Assembly: GCA_963812975.1 (NCBI GenBank) | Contig: CAWEXK010000014.1 | Span: forward strand, 96,310-160,309 | DNA: 64,000 nucleotides | Direction of reading: 5' to 3' | Source of the DNA: an uncultured Alphaproteobacteria bacterium | Lineage (GTDB): Bacteria; Pseudomonadota; Alphaproteobacteria; Micropepsales; Micropepsaceae | Shown here: positions 13,463-26,359 of the stretch, piece by piece | Layout: each line of letters starts with the position of its first letter | Numbering within the stretch: position 1 is the first letter of the stretch | Notes under the pieces: generated by a model | The model's database searches: none | Told to the model about the DNA's origin: nothing | What the model saw: only the letters and a program-made list of their open reading frames with translations | Program-made: the position numbers and the translations under genes

Positions 13463-15028
13463 ATGTTGCGGGCGCTCCGCAACTCGGCCCGGCTGCTGCA
13501 CGCTGCACGCGTGCTGGCGCGCCACGACGCCCTGATTCCGCGCGAGTTTGTGCGCGCGTTGCCCCCGCACCTGAAATTCGCTCGCGCCGCGCTCGGTCGC
13601 GCACGGATCACAAATCGCGAGTTCGCGCCCGGTGTACGATTGGCTTTGGCGCTCGAGAGCCTTGGCCCTGCTTACATCAAGCTTGGCCAGCTGCTGGCCA
13701 CGCGGCCCGACATCATCGGACAGGAGACGGCGGCGGCGCTGTCGGCACTTCAGGATCGGCTCCCGCCCTTTCCGACGGAGCTCGCCAAGGCCGAGGTGGA
13801 GTCCGCTCTGGGAGCGCCGCTTTCATCCATGTTCATCTCTTTCGGCGAGCCGTTCGCGGCGGCATCCATTGCCCAGGTGCATCGCGCCACCACCTCTGAC
13901 GAATTGCAGCGCGAAGTTGCCGTCAAGGTGCTAAGGCCCAACGTCGAGGCCGAGTTCGCGCGCGACCTTTCCGCCTTTGCCTTTGCCGCTCGCTGCGCGG
14001 AGCGGTTCTTCGCCGAGGCCCGCCGTCTGCGCGTCACAGCGGTCGTCGAAACGCTCGCCGCCAGCGTGGCGATGGAACTCGATTTGCGCATGGAGGCGGC
14101 AGCGGCCTCGGAACTCGCCGAACGCAGCGCGCGCGAGGAGGAGTTCCGGGTTCCCGCCGTCGATTGGCAGCGCACCAGCGCGCGCGTGCTCACCACGGAA
14201 TGGATCGACGGCGCGCCGCTGCGCAGCGCCGAAGAGCTCGAGGCGGCCGGCCATGATCCGAAGAGGATCGCCGTGCTGGTGGTGCGACAGTTCCTCACAC
14301 AGGCGCTGCGTGATGGTTTTTTCCACGCTGACATGCATCAGGGAAACCTGTTTGTGGATGCAGACGGCCGTCTCGTCTGCGTCGATTTTGGTATTATGGG
14401 CCGGCTTGATCCGTCGATGCGGCGGTTCATGGCCGAGACGCTGGCAGGTTTTCTTGCGCGCGATTATCAGCGCGTGGCGAATGTGCATTACGAGGCTGGC
14501 TTCGTGCCGCGTTCGCACCCCGCTCCGCTATTCGCGCAAGCGCTGCGTGCGATCGGCGAGCCGGTGTTCGGGCGCCGCGCCCACTCCGTCTCGATGGCGA
14601 GGCTGCTGCAACAATTGTTCGATACCACCCGCCGCTTCGACATGGAGCTTCAACCGCAGCTCGTGCTGCTCCAGAAGACGATGGTTGTGGTGGAGGGTGT
14701 GGCGCGCGGACTCGATGCCGAGCTCGACATCTGGGACGCGGCGCGCCCGGTCATCGAAAACTGGATGGTGGAACAGGTGGGCCCCGAAGCGCGCCTGCGC
14801 GACGCTGCAGAAGGCATCAACGCGCTTGGCCGGCTGGCGCGAGAATTTCCGAATCTCCTGCACAATGCGGAAATCGTTTCGAACATGCTCGCCGATGGCG
14901 GATTGCGTCTTCACCCCGACACGGCCTTGCAGATCGCCCAGGCGCAAGTTGCGCGGACGCGCCATGTGCGCATCGCGCTGTGGATCGCAGCCGGTGCGCT
15001 CGCAGTGCTGGCGGTTGGCATCCTCTGA
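13463..15028 (+). CDS. ubiB: Ubiquinone biosynthesis ABC1 kinase-like protein
   Basis: LGPAYIKLGQ, AAASIAQVH, VAVKVLRP, FFHADMHQGN, DFGIMG. Confidence 0.95.
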   Translation: MLRALRNSARLLHAARVLARHDALIPREFVRALPPHLKFARAALGRARITNREFAPGVRLALALESLGPAYIKLGQLLATRPDIIGQETAAALSALQDRLPPFPTELAKAEVESALGAPLSSMFISFGEPFAAASIAQVHRATTSDELQREVAVKVLRPNVEAEFARDLSAFAFAARCAERFFAEARRLRVTAVVETLAASVAMELDLRMEAAAASELAERSAREEEFRVPAVDWQRTSARVLTTEWIDGAPLRSAEELEAAGHDPKRIAVLVVRQFLTQALRDGFFHADMHQGNLFVDADGRLVCVDFGIMGRLDPSMRRFMAETLAGFLARDYQRVANVHYEAGFVPRSHPAPLFAQALRAIGEPVFGRRAHSVSMARLLQQLFDTTRRFDMELQPQLVLLQKTMVVVEGVARGLDAELDIWDAARPVIENWMVEQVGPEARLRDAAEGINALGRLAREFPNLLHNAEIVSNMLADGGLRLHPDTALQIAQAQVARTRHVRIALWIAAGALAVLAVGIL

Positions 15029-15051
15029 CCGGCAATTGCTCCATGATAACC

Positions 15052-15076
15052 GGAACATCCTCTGCCGTGCTGCGTT
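15052..15076 (+). promoter_or_regulatory. EcfG/SigT-type general stress response promoter
   Basis: Exact GGAAC-N16-CGTT, about 40 nt upstream of the ATG at 15116. Confidence 0.6.
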
Positions 15077-15115
15077 GCAGCATACGTCAACCTAGTGGGA
15101 GCACCGGAGCGTACA

Positions 15116-15625
15116 ATGGCAAGAGCGAAGCGCAGAAATCATTCAAGGCACCAGGGCCGTCGTCCGGCGGCGGCGTTGGCACACGGTCGGAGGAATATGG
15201 AGGAGGGGATCAAGCGGGCTTCGGCCTCCGCGACGCGGCAGACCCGGCGGATGGAACGAGACGTGCGGCACGCCGTCGATTCGCTCGATATTTTCGGCGG
15301 CCCGCTCGCGCGGATGATGGATCAGAATTTGGTGACGTTACAAAAGATGCTGCACGTCACGCAGCACGAATCCCTCAACTTCATGAACCGGCGTCTCAAG
15401 CATACCGGCGAGGCAATCGGGAACAGCCGCGAGCGCCAGGGAGTTTCGGCTCTCCTGCAGATTCAACAGGAATGGATGCTGGGCCTCGCGCGGGATTGTG
15501 CCGAACAGGCCAAGCGCTTCGCCGAACTGATGCGCGAAATCGCCGAAGAGGGAACCTCGCATCTCTCGCAAGCTTCAGCAGAGTTGATCAAGACCGCGGA
15601 GGAGGAACATCGCGCCGCAGCGTAA
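15116..15625 (+). CDS. Phasin-like (Phasin_2) helical protein with a basic N-terminal extension
   Basis: ESLNFMNRRLK..LLQIQQEW..CAEQAKRFAELM resembles phasins; start uncertain. Confidence 0.55.
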   Translation: MARAKRRNHSRHQGRRPAAALAHGRRNMEEGIKRASASATRQTRRMERDVRHAVDSLDIFGGPLARMMDQNLVTLQKMLHVTQHESLNFMNRRLKHTGEAIGNSRERQGVSALLQIQQEWMLGLARDCAEQAKRFAELMREIAEEGTSHLSQASAELIKTAEEEHRAAA

Positions 15626-15683
15626 CGGCAATTTTCTCGACGCCTTCGCATGAAGGCCCCGGCGACAATACGGAGCTGAAGCG

Positions 15684-16100
15684 TCAGGAGATCTTCATGT
15701 GGCCGGCGTCGCAATGCTCGGCGCTGGCCACACCGACGACATAAACATCCAATCCCACGGTGTGGTCCTCGAGGCTCGGAACCTCGGGGATTCGCACGCG
15801 GACCGCGTCCTTAAGGAGTTGCTCGTCGGTAGCCAGCACCTTCGCGTAACCGGGAGCGGCCTCGCCGGGAACAGCGGAGATGGTGAGGACGACGCGCACA
15901 TCGGAATCCGCGGCGCGCTTCTCGACGGCGTCGCAGGCGATCACGATGTTATCGCCCGGGATGACATTCGGAGTTGTCTCGGCCGGATTGCCCTTTGGCA
16001 CGATTGAAACGGCGGCAGCCGGCAATTGCGCCGTTGCCGTCAGCGCAGGAAAAAAGAGTGCGAGGGCAGTTGCCGCCGCTATGCCGACTACGTTGCGCAT
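15684..16100 (-). CDS. Hypothetical secreted protein
   Basis: GGAGG RBS, signal peptide ending ATA-Q, beta-rich mature part with two Cys. Confidence 0.65.
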   Translation of the reverse strand: MRNVVGIAAATALALFFPALTATAQLPAAAVSIVPKGNPAETTPNVIPGDNIVIACDAVEKRAADSDVRVVLTISAVPGEAAPGYAKVLATDEQLLKDAVRVRIPEVPSLEDHTVGLDVYVVGVASAEHCDAGHMKIS

Positions 16101-16272
16101 CCTCCGGCTCCTGCCCGCCTGTGACTTCGCGGATTCTTCGAGCGCGATGCAACTGTATCCGTTTCTTGCGCAATTCCCAATAGGGGGTTTTCGATCCTGA
16201 CCCGGACACGGGCGCCTTTGGTGGATTTAGGCTGGTTGATGGCCGCGTTCACGCGAAATTGATGGGCGCGTG

Positions 16273-17676
16273 CTACCGGGACCGCGACAGGAACCAGAAG
16301 CGGCCACCCATCAGTATGGCTGCCGCGAAGAGGCCGGTCGCGAGGCCGATCCAGATGCCGACACCCTTCATGTGCCAGCCGAACGCGAGCCAGAGACAGA
16401 CGGGAAATCCGCCCAGCCAATAACTCAATCCCGCAATCCACATCGGAATCTGGGCATCCTTCAGTCCGCGCAGGCTGAGCGCGCCCACGACCTGGAGGCC
16501 GTCACAGATTTCGAACGCCGCAGCGATGCGGAGAAACACGACCGCGAGGGCGACGACGTCGGCATTGGCGGCGGCATCGGCAAAATAAAGATTGGCGATC
16601 GCGGTCGGGAATAGCCACAGAGCGAGCGCCGCCGCGCTCATGAAAGTCGCTCCCATAAAAAACGCCCCATAGCCCGCGCGGCGCACGGCCGCGCCGTCGC
16701 CTGCGCCGGCCGCAAGGCCCACGCGCACGGTCGCCGCCATTCCGATGCCGAGAGGCACCATGAATGTTATCGACGCCACGTTGAGTGCAATCTGGTGCGC
16801 GGCAACCGACGCCGTACCGAAGGTGCCCATGATCAGCGTCGCCGCGTTGAACAGCATCGCTTCGAAAATCATCGTCAATCCGATCGGCATTCCCAGACGG
16901 AACACCTCGGAGAGACGATCCCAATGAGGCCGGTGAAAGCGGCGGAAGATCCTCACCTTGTTCAGATCCGGTATGAGGCGGACGACGACCACCATCGCCA
17001 GGAAACTGAACGCGTAGGAGCAGGCGCTCGAAATGCCCGAGCCGACCAGCTCGAGTCGCGGCAAGCCGAAATGGCCGAAGATCAGCGCATAATCGCCGGC
17101 CGCATTGAAAAGGATGCTGCAGGCCATCATCCACAGCGAAGCTTTCGGCCGCGAGAGCGCGGTCGAAAAATTGCGCAGCACCTGATAACCGAGCGAAAAG
17201 GGCAGGCCCCAGCACAACATTCCGGTGAAGCGTCCCGCGCCGGCGGCGAGCTCCGGCCTTTGGCCGAGCATGAGCAGGATCGGCTGCGTGAACAATAGCA
17301 GCGCGATCAGCGGCACCGAGAGGATCAGCACCGACCACAAGCCCATGCGAACGGAGTTGCGCACCCCGGCGCGGTCGCCAGGCCGCGCACCACGAATATG
17401 CGCGATCATCGGCGCCACCGCGGCGACCGGTCCGCAGCCGATCAACCAGGTGAAAAAGAACACGGTGTTGCCGAGCGCGGCGGAAGCCAGCGCCGTCTTG
17501 CCCAGCCGGCCCAGCATGACGACGTCGGTGGTCATGATGGCCATCTGAGCCAGCTGCGTCAGCACCAGGGGCGCCGCGAGCTTGAGCAGCTCGCGCGCCT
17601 CGTCGCGCCATGCCGCGAGCCCGTCACCCGCAACCCGCGTGCTGCGCACCAGATCGAATTCCGCAACGTCAGTCAT
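16273..17676 (-). CDS. MATE family efflux transporter (NorM-like)
   Basis: LKLAAPLVLTQLAQM..TDVVMLGRLG, AAHQIALN..FMVPLGIG.AATVRVG, about 12 TM segments. Confidence 0.92.
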   Translation of the reverse strand: MTDVAEFDLVRSTRVAGDGLAAWRDEARELLKLAAPLVLTQLAQMAIMTTDVVMLGRLGKTALASAALGNTVFFFTWLIGCGPVAAVAPMIAHIRGARPGDRAGVRNSVRMGLWSVLILSVPLIALLLFTQPILLMLGQRPELAAGAGRFTGMLCWGLPFSLGYQVLRNFSTALSRPKASLWMMACSILFNAAGDYALIFGHFGLPRLELVGSGISSACSYAFSFLAMVVVVRLIPDLNKVRIFRRFHRPHWDRLSEVFRLGMPIGLTMIFEAMLFNAATLIMGTFGTASVAAHQIALNVASITFMVPLGIGMAATVRVGLAAGAGDGAAVRRAGYGAFFMGATFMSAAALALWLFPTAIANLYFADAAANADVVALAVVFLRIAAAFEICDGLQVVGALSLRGLKDAQIPMWIAGLSYWLGGFPVCLWLAFGWHMKGVGIWIGLATGLFAAAILMGGRFWFLSRSR

Positions 17677-17789
17677 GGCACGGTCTTGTTCTCGAAGCCC
17701 GGGCCCGGCGGCGATTTCGGATAGGAGACAGGAACCTCCCGAAGCGCCTTTTCGGGCCCGGAGGTGAAATGCTGAACGGGCGATTGAAA

Positions 17790-17888
17790 CTAGGCCACGT
17801 TCTCCTCGCGAGCCGATGCGGCGGCAACGCCGTCCGGGTGGACGAGCGCGGACGCCGTCATGCGCACCTGGCAGTTGATGCAATCCAT
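17790..17888 (-). CDS. Putative 32-aa leader peptide (uORF) of the MATE gene
   Basis: MDCINCQVRMTASALVHPDGVAAASAREENVA*, read manually. Lies between a TTGACA promoter (17942-17971) and a hairpin (17735-17764). Confidence 0.35.
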   Translation of the reverse strand: MDCINCQVRMTASALVHPDGVAAASAREENVA

Positions 17889-18028
17889 CAAACCGACTCG
17901 CGTGAGCTTCCGCGGGCAACACGCCCGCAGATCTTGCAAGGTTGCTACGCTTCGACGAGCGCCAGTGTCAACACACGACCAGCCCGGGACGAGTATTCTT
18001 CCGCGCGCGTGGCGGCGGGGTCACAGAG

Positions 18029-19264
18029 CTATTTTTGAAGCTCGATCCTCATACGCACGAAATCAAAGGTCACGGCGTAGGGATGGAAGAATGCGTGGCT
18101 CACGATCCCGCCAACCTGCATGCCAAGTCCTTTTTCCAGGCCGAGTGGGAACGGCCCATAGATCCCGGTCAGATTCGTCTCGGTCAGGCTGCCCAGCGAC
18201 AGGTGCGCGATGGGAAAGTTGGCGGTGGGTGCATGGCCTATGACGGTGGAGGTCGGCTGCCGCGGCGCAGGTACGGCGATCCCTGCGTCTCGCAGCGTGG
18301 AGTCCGGCGCGGTAAAGGCGTAACTCCCCAGGCCGGTGTCCACCAGGAACAGCTGTGTCGGTCCCTGATCGAGACGGCCGGGCGCGAGAAGGAAGTGATC
18401 GCCTACATACCAGAACGGGATTTGGGCGCTGCCGCGGGCGCCCTCCGGCAAATCGTGCGGCGCAAGAACCAGACGGTCGTGCACGTAATCGAGTGTCGGC
18501 CGGAAGTGCGACAGGAACTCGGTGCCGATGACTCCCGCCAGCCTCTTGTTGCGGGCGACCGCGGTCAATCCCCTGGTACTCAGAATCATCGCCGGAACAT
18601 CATCGGTCTCGATACCGGGCAGCACGAATTGGGCGATGCGGCCAAAGGAGACCGCTGCCGTCCGGCCGCCGGCCCCGGCCGCCGTTTCGACATGCGCGGC
18701 CCGGGCAAACTCGGGATCGAGAATGATCTCCGGCGCGCCTGTATCGATCAGGAAAAGGCCTTCCAGATTGTTCACCTTGGCTTTGACGACGGGAAGAGGA
18801 TCGGTCCATAGGAATTCGACGGTGACCGGCGCCCGCATGCCGGACACGCGATAGGGTGCGGATTTTCCGAACAGCTCGAATTCCGCCGCGCGTTCCGGCC
18901 GTCCGATCTGGCGAAGCAGCTGCGCCATTTCGGCGAACTTGCCCTCGCGGTTCATGGTCTGCGCGAGCAGCGTCACGCAGCGCAGATCCGCAGGATTGCT
19001 CGAGCGGGCGCGTGTGAGAATGTCGTCGGCTTCGCCGAGATGATTCTCGTAGAGCGCAATCGCGCCCAGCTGGCGCAGCGCGGCCTCGTAGGCCGGGCTC
19101 GACTTCGGCACGGCCTCGTAGCCCCGGCGCGCCTGCTCGAATTCTCCCTGCGCAAACAGAAGGTCGGGATCCATGCCATGGGAGACGGGTGCAGGCGCCG
19201 CCGCCTGAACCGCGGCGGCAGTCAAAAAAAAGACCGCGCAAGCGGCTCCTGGCGCAAGCTTCAT
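18029..19264 (-). CDS. Secreted TPR + tandem retropepsin-like aspartyl protease
   Basis: Signal peptide, TPR-like helices, two catalytic motifs FLIDTGA and FLVDTGL, GVIGTEFL..LDY and GIVSHAFF..TFDF. Confidence 0.8.
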   Translation of the reverse strand: MKLAPGAACAVFFLTAAAVQAAAPAPVSHGMDPDLLFAQGEFEQARRGYEAVPKSSPAYEAALRQLGAIALYENHLGEADDILTRARSSNPADLRCVTLLAQTMNREGKFAEMAQLLRQIGRPERAAEFELFGKSAPYRVSGMRAPVTVEFLWTDPLPVVKAKVNNLEGLFLIDTGAPEIILDPEFARAAHVETAAGAGGRTAAVSFGRIAQFVLPGIETDDVPAMILSTRGLTAVARNKRLAGVIGTEFLSHFRPTLDYVHDRLVLAPHDLPEGARGSAQIPFWYVGDHFLLAPGRLDQGPTQLFLVDTGLGSYAFTAPDSTLRDAGIAVPAPRQPTSTVIGHAPTANFPIAHLSLGSLTETNLTGIYGPFPLGLEKGLGMQVGGIVSHAFFHPYAVTFDFVRMRIELQK

Positions 19265-19353
19265 GATTCCTCCGGGAACGGCGTTTCGCGTGTGGCTTGG
19301 GCGACGTTACAGTTGCCGGGCCGACAATCCAAGGAATTCGGAGCGGTGATGTC

Positions 19354-20644
19354 ATGGATTTCACGATTCCCCAACAGGTGACAGAACTGCTTGTCACTCT
19401 CGACGACTTCATCGAGCGCGAAATCAGGCCGCTGGAGCGTGAGAACGACAATATCCGTTTCTTCGATCATCGCCGCGAATGGGCGCGCACCGATTTCGAG
19501 CATGGCGGGCTTCCGAGAACTCGAATGGGAAGAGCTGCTCCACGAGATGCGTCGCCGGGCAGATCGCGCCGGCTTTCTGCGGCTCGCGCTGCCCGAGGAA
19601 TTCGGCGGCAGCAACATCGGCAATCTCGCGATGGCCATCATCCGCGAGCATCTGGCAGCAAAGGGTCTTGGTCTGCACAATGATTTGCAGAACGAATCCT
19701 CCGTGGTCGGGAATTTTCCGCAACTCCTGATGCTGCGCGATTTCGGAACAGAAAAGCAGAGGAACAGCTGGCTGGCCGGCATGCTGGAAGGAAAGGTGCG
19801 CATGGCGTTCGCTCTGACCGAGCCCGGCCATGGTTCGGACGCGACCTGGATGGAGACGCGTGCCCGGCGCGACGGAGCCGGCTGGCGCATCGATGGCGAG
19901 AAGATGTGGAACACCGGCGTGCATGCGGCGACGCACGACATGGTGTTCGCGCGCACCAGCGGCGCGGACGGCGACGCACGCGGGCTGACCTGCTTCGTGG
20001 TGCCGATGGATACGCAAGGCGTGAAGATCGAGGAATATCTCTGGACCTTCAACATGCCGACGGACCACGCGCGCGTGTCGTTCACGCGTGTCTGGGTACC
20101 CGACGACGCGGCATTCGGCCCGGTCGATGACGGTCTCGTTCTCGCCCGCCACTTCGTGCACGAGAATCGTATGCGACAGGCCGCCTCGGGCCTCGGCGCC
20201 GCACGCTATTGCATCGACGAGAGCGTGGCTTATGCCAATTCGCGCAAGCCGTTCGGCAAGCCGCTGTCGCGCAACCAGGCGATCCAATGGCCGCTCGTCG
20301 AACTGCGGACCGATTGCGAAATGCTGCGCTGGCTCATCTACCGCACCGCGTGGGAGATGGATCGCATGAGCGGACCTGAGATCCAGCTCCATCTCTCCGA
20401 CAAGATCTCCATGTGCAATTTTCGCGGCAATCGCCTGGTTTGCGAAGCAGCGGATCGGGCCATTCAGGTTCACGGCGGGCTCGGCTATTCGCGGCACAAG
20501 CCGTTCGAGCACATCTACCGCCACCATCGCCGCTATCGCATCACCGAAGGTTCCGACGAGATCCAGATGCGCAACGTGGCCGGCCACCTGTTCGGCTATC
20601 TCGCCAAAAAAGGGTTGAGGGAGCAGGGTACACCCGATGGGTGA
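19354..20644 (+). CDS. Acyl-CoA dehydrogenase family protein (frameshift near 19510)
   Basis: MDFTIPQ.., FALTEPGHGSDA, IDGEKMW, AIQVHGGLGYS, RITEGSDEIQ. Confidence 0.9.
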
Positions 20645-20647
20645 TCC

Positions 20648-21583
20648 TTGATGGCGGCCTTCTGCATCGCTCATCGTGGCGGCGCGGCGCTGAGGCCGGA
20701 GAACACGCTCTGTGCGTTCGCCAACGCGATCGACCTGGGCGCCGACGGAGCGGAACTCGACGTTCATCTCACCCGCGACGGCCAGGTCGTGGTGGCGCAC
20801 GATTTTCGTCTCAATCCCGATCTGTGCCGCGATTCGAATGGAGCTTGGCTTCAGCCGCCAACTCCGCGCCTCATCGATCTCACCTACGCCGAAATTGCGC
20901 GCTATGACGTAGGCCGCGCCAGGCCCGGCAGCGAATACGCGTGCGACTATCCGGAAATGATTGCCTCCGACGGCGAACATATTCCCTTGCTCTCGCACGT
21001 CATCGCGCTTGCCCGTCGCGCGCCCCGGCCGTTCCGGCTCTTTGTCGAGCTGAAATCGTCCCTCGCCGATCCGGCTCTCGGCGCTCCGCCGGAAAAACTT
21101 GCGGAGGCCACGCTCGCAGTGCTGCGGCAAAACGATTACATCGATCGCAGCGTCCTCATCGGTTTCGACTGGCGCGGTCTCGTGCGCGCGAAATCCGTCG
21201 AGCCTTCGCTCCAATGCTGGTTCTCGACCTATCCGCAAAGCTGGTTTTGCGAGGGCGAACCTCCGCCCGATAGCGATCCTCCTCCGTCTCTCGCATTGCA
21301 GATGCTCCGAAATTGGGCGCGCGCCGGTACTTCGCCCTGGGCGGCAGGTTTCGACGCGGCCAACTTCGGCGGTTCACTGCTGGAGGCGATCAACGCCGCC
21401 GGCGGTGACGGCTGGTTTCCCTATGCGCCCGACGCCACCCGGGACGCGACTGCCCGGGCGCACGCGCTTGGCCTCAAGGCCGGCGCCTGGACGGTCGACG
21501 ATCCGGCGGAAATGACCGCGCTTGCAGCGCGCGGCATCGACGCCATCTGCACCGACCGGCCGGATTTGATGAAACAGGGTTGA
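20648..21583 (+). CDS. Glycerophosphodiester phosphodiesterase family protein
   Basis: IAHRGG..PENTL.AF, ELDVHLTRDG.VVVAHD, WTVDD, AICTDRP. Confidence 0.92.
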   Translation: MMAAFCIAHRGGAALRPENTLCAFANAIDLGADGAELDVHLTRDGQVVVAHDFRLNPDLCRDSNGAWLQPPTPRLIDLTYAEIARYDVGRARPGSEYACDYPEMIASDGEHIPLLSHVIALARRAPRPFRLFVELKSSLADPALGAPPEKLAEATLAVLRQNDYIDRSVLIGFDWRGLVRAKSVEPSLQCWFSTYPQSWFCEGEPPPDSDPPPSLALQMLRNWARAGTSPWAAGFDAANFGGSLLEAINAAGGDGWFPYAPDATRDATARAHALGLKAGAWTVDDPAEMTALAARGIDAICTDRPDLMKQG

Positions 21584-21584
21584 A

Positions 21585-22037
21585 CTACTTCAGTGGTGCA
21601 GAATCGGTGGATCCAAATCCCGCGCTGCCACGTACACTTGGCGGGAGCTCCGCGCATTCGACAAGTTCAACCCGCGCGTGATGCGCCACGACAAGCTGCG
21701 CGACCTTCATGCCGCGCGCGATGCGGAACGGACGATCGCCGTGATTGACGAGGATCGCCTTCACTTCGCCGCGATAATCGCTGTCGATGGTGCCGGGCGT
21801 ATTGAGCACGGTGATACCGTGATTCAACGCGAGGCCGGAGCGCGGGCGAACCTGCGCCTCGACGCATGCCGGAAGTGCCAGCGCAATGCCGCAGGGAATG
21901 GCCGCGCGACCTCCGGGCGAAAGCTCGATGTCGTTCTCGATGGCGGCGAACAGGTCCAGCCCCGCCGCTCCGGCGGTCGCATAAGCCGGCAATGGCAGAT
22001 CGTGCGCATGCGGCAGACGCCGGACTGCGACGTTCAT
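21585..22037 (-). CDS. dut: dUTP diphosphatase
   Basis: AAGLDL, QVRPRSGLA, GTIDSDYRGE, RGSAGFGST. Confidence 0.97.
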   Translation of the reverse strand: MNVAVRRLPHAHDLPLPAYATAGAAGLDLFAAIENDIELSPGGRAAIPCGIALALPACVEAQVRPRSGLALNHGITVLNTPGTIDSDYRGEVKAILVNHGDRPFRIARGMKVAQLVVAHHARVELVECAELPPSVRGSAGFGSTDSAPLK

Positions 22038-23239
22038 TTCCCCGTGCTCGCGAGTGCCTCGGCAATACGTTCGGCGAGACGGCGGCCGACTTCTTCCTTT
22101 TCAAGGAGCGGCCAGTCCTCGACGCCGGATGCCGAAATCAGATGCACCCGATTGCGGTCTCCGCCCATGATGCCGCTTGCCGCGTTCACATCGTTCGCCA
22201 GAATCCAGTCGCAGCCCTTGCGGATGCGTTTGGCCTGGCCTTCCGCCACAATATTCTCCGTCTCGGCTGCGAATCCGATGACGAGCGCCGGACGCCCGGG
22301 CGCCTGTGCAAGCGCAGCGAGGATGTCGGGATTGCGCGTCAGCCGGATCGTCGGCGGCGCCTCATCTTCGTTCTTCTTGAGTTTGCGCTCGGCTTTCGTC
22401 GCCGGTCGCCAATCGGCAACCGCCGCGGCGCACACCGCTACGTCAACCGGCAACGCGCTCTGCGATGCCGCAAGCATCTCGACCGCCGTTTCCACTTTGA
22501 CGAGATTGACGCCCGGAGGCGGCGCGAATGCAACCGGGCCCGAAATCAGCGTCGTGTCGGCGCCGGCCTCCGCGAGCGCACGCGCGATGGCATAGCCCTG
22601 CTTGCCGGAGGAATGGTTCGAAAGATAGCGAACAGGATCGAGCGGTTCGCGCGTGGGACCAGCGGTCACCAGCGCTTTGCGTCCTGCAAGCGGTCGCGCG
22701 GTCGCCAGCATCGCGTCGATGGCATCGACGATGCGCTCGGGCTCTGCCATCCGGCCGGGACCAAATTCTCCGCACGCCATCTCGCCCTCATCGGGCCCGA
22801 CGAACGCGACGCCATCAGCTTTGAGCCGCGCCAGATTGCGCTGCGTCGCCGGATGATTCCACATGCGTACATTCATGGCAGGAGCCATCAGCACCTGTTT
22901 ATCGGTTGCAATGAGCGCGGTCGACGCGAGATCGTTTGCAAGGCCGTGCGCGAACTTGGCCATCAAATCGGCCGTCGCGGGCGCCACCACGAGAACGGCG
23001 GCGGAACGGGAGAGTTGGATATGCCCCATCTCCGCCTCGTCGGTCAGATTGAACAAATCCTGGTATGTCCGTTCTCCTGTCAGTGAAGAGAACGACAATG
23101 GCGTCACGAACTCCGCAGCGGCCCTGGTCAGGATTGTGCGGACACGTATCTCTCGCTGGCGCAGGAGCCGAACCAGCTCGAGAGACTTGTAGGCGGCGAT
23201 ACCGCCGCCGACGATCAGAAGGACCGATTTGTCGCCCAT
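22034..23239 (-). CDS. coaBC: Phosphopantothenoylcysteine decarboxylase / phosphopantothenate-cysteine ligase
   Basis: GGIAAYKS, APAMNVRMW, MACGEFGPGRM, TAGPTREPLDPVRYLSNHSSGKQG, GFAAET. Confidence 0.96.
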   Translation of the reverse strand: MGDKSVLLIVGGGIAAYKSLELVRLLRQREIRVRTILTRAAAEFVTPLSFSSLTGERTYQDLFNLTDEAEMGHIQLSRSAAVLVVAPATADLMAKFAHGLANDLASTALIATDKQVLMAPAMNVRMWNHPATQRNLARLKADGVAFVGPDEGEMACGEFGPGRMAEPERIVDAIDAMLATARPLAGRKALVTAGPTREPLDPVRYLSNHSSGKQGYAIARALAEAGADTTLISGPVAFAPPPGVNLVKVETAVEMLAASQSALPVDVAVCAAAVADWRPATKAERKLKKNEDEAPPTIRLTRNPDILAALAQAPGRPALVIGFAAETENIVAEGQAKRIRKGCDWILANDVNAASGIMGGDRNRVHLISASGVEDWPLLEKEEVGRRLAERIAEALASTGK

Positions 23240-23324
23240 GTCCCGAAAATTCGTTGCCGAAGCGGAGCATATAGCGAACAAGCTTGCCGAAGTGTAGTTT
23301 TTCTCCGCAGGGAGCCGAAGCCGC

Positions 23325-26209
<2,885 letters not shown>

Positions 26210-26359
26210 AGCGCGGCAGTACATCCAGAACGCCAAATGTCACTCGAATTTCTTCCCGGGCAGCCATGCGCGAAAGCGGGAATGACACGGGTTTTCCCTG
26301 TTAACGCGTCCGTTACCATGAATTGCGAATATCCTTCGCGCATCGAGGAGGTGCGGCGA

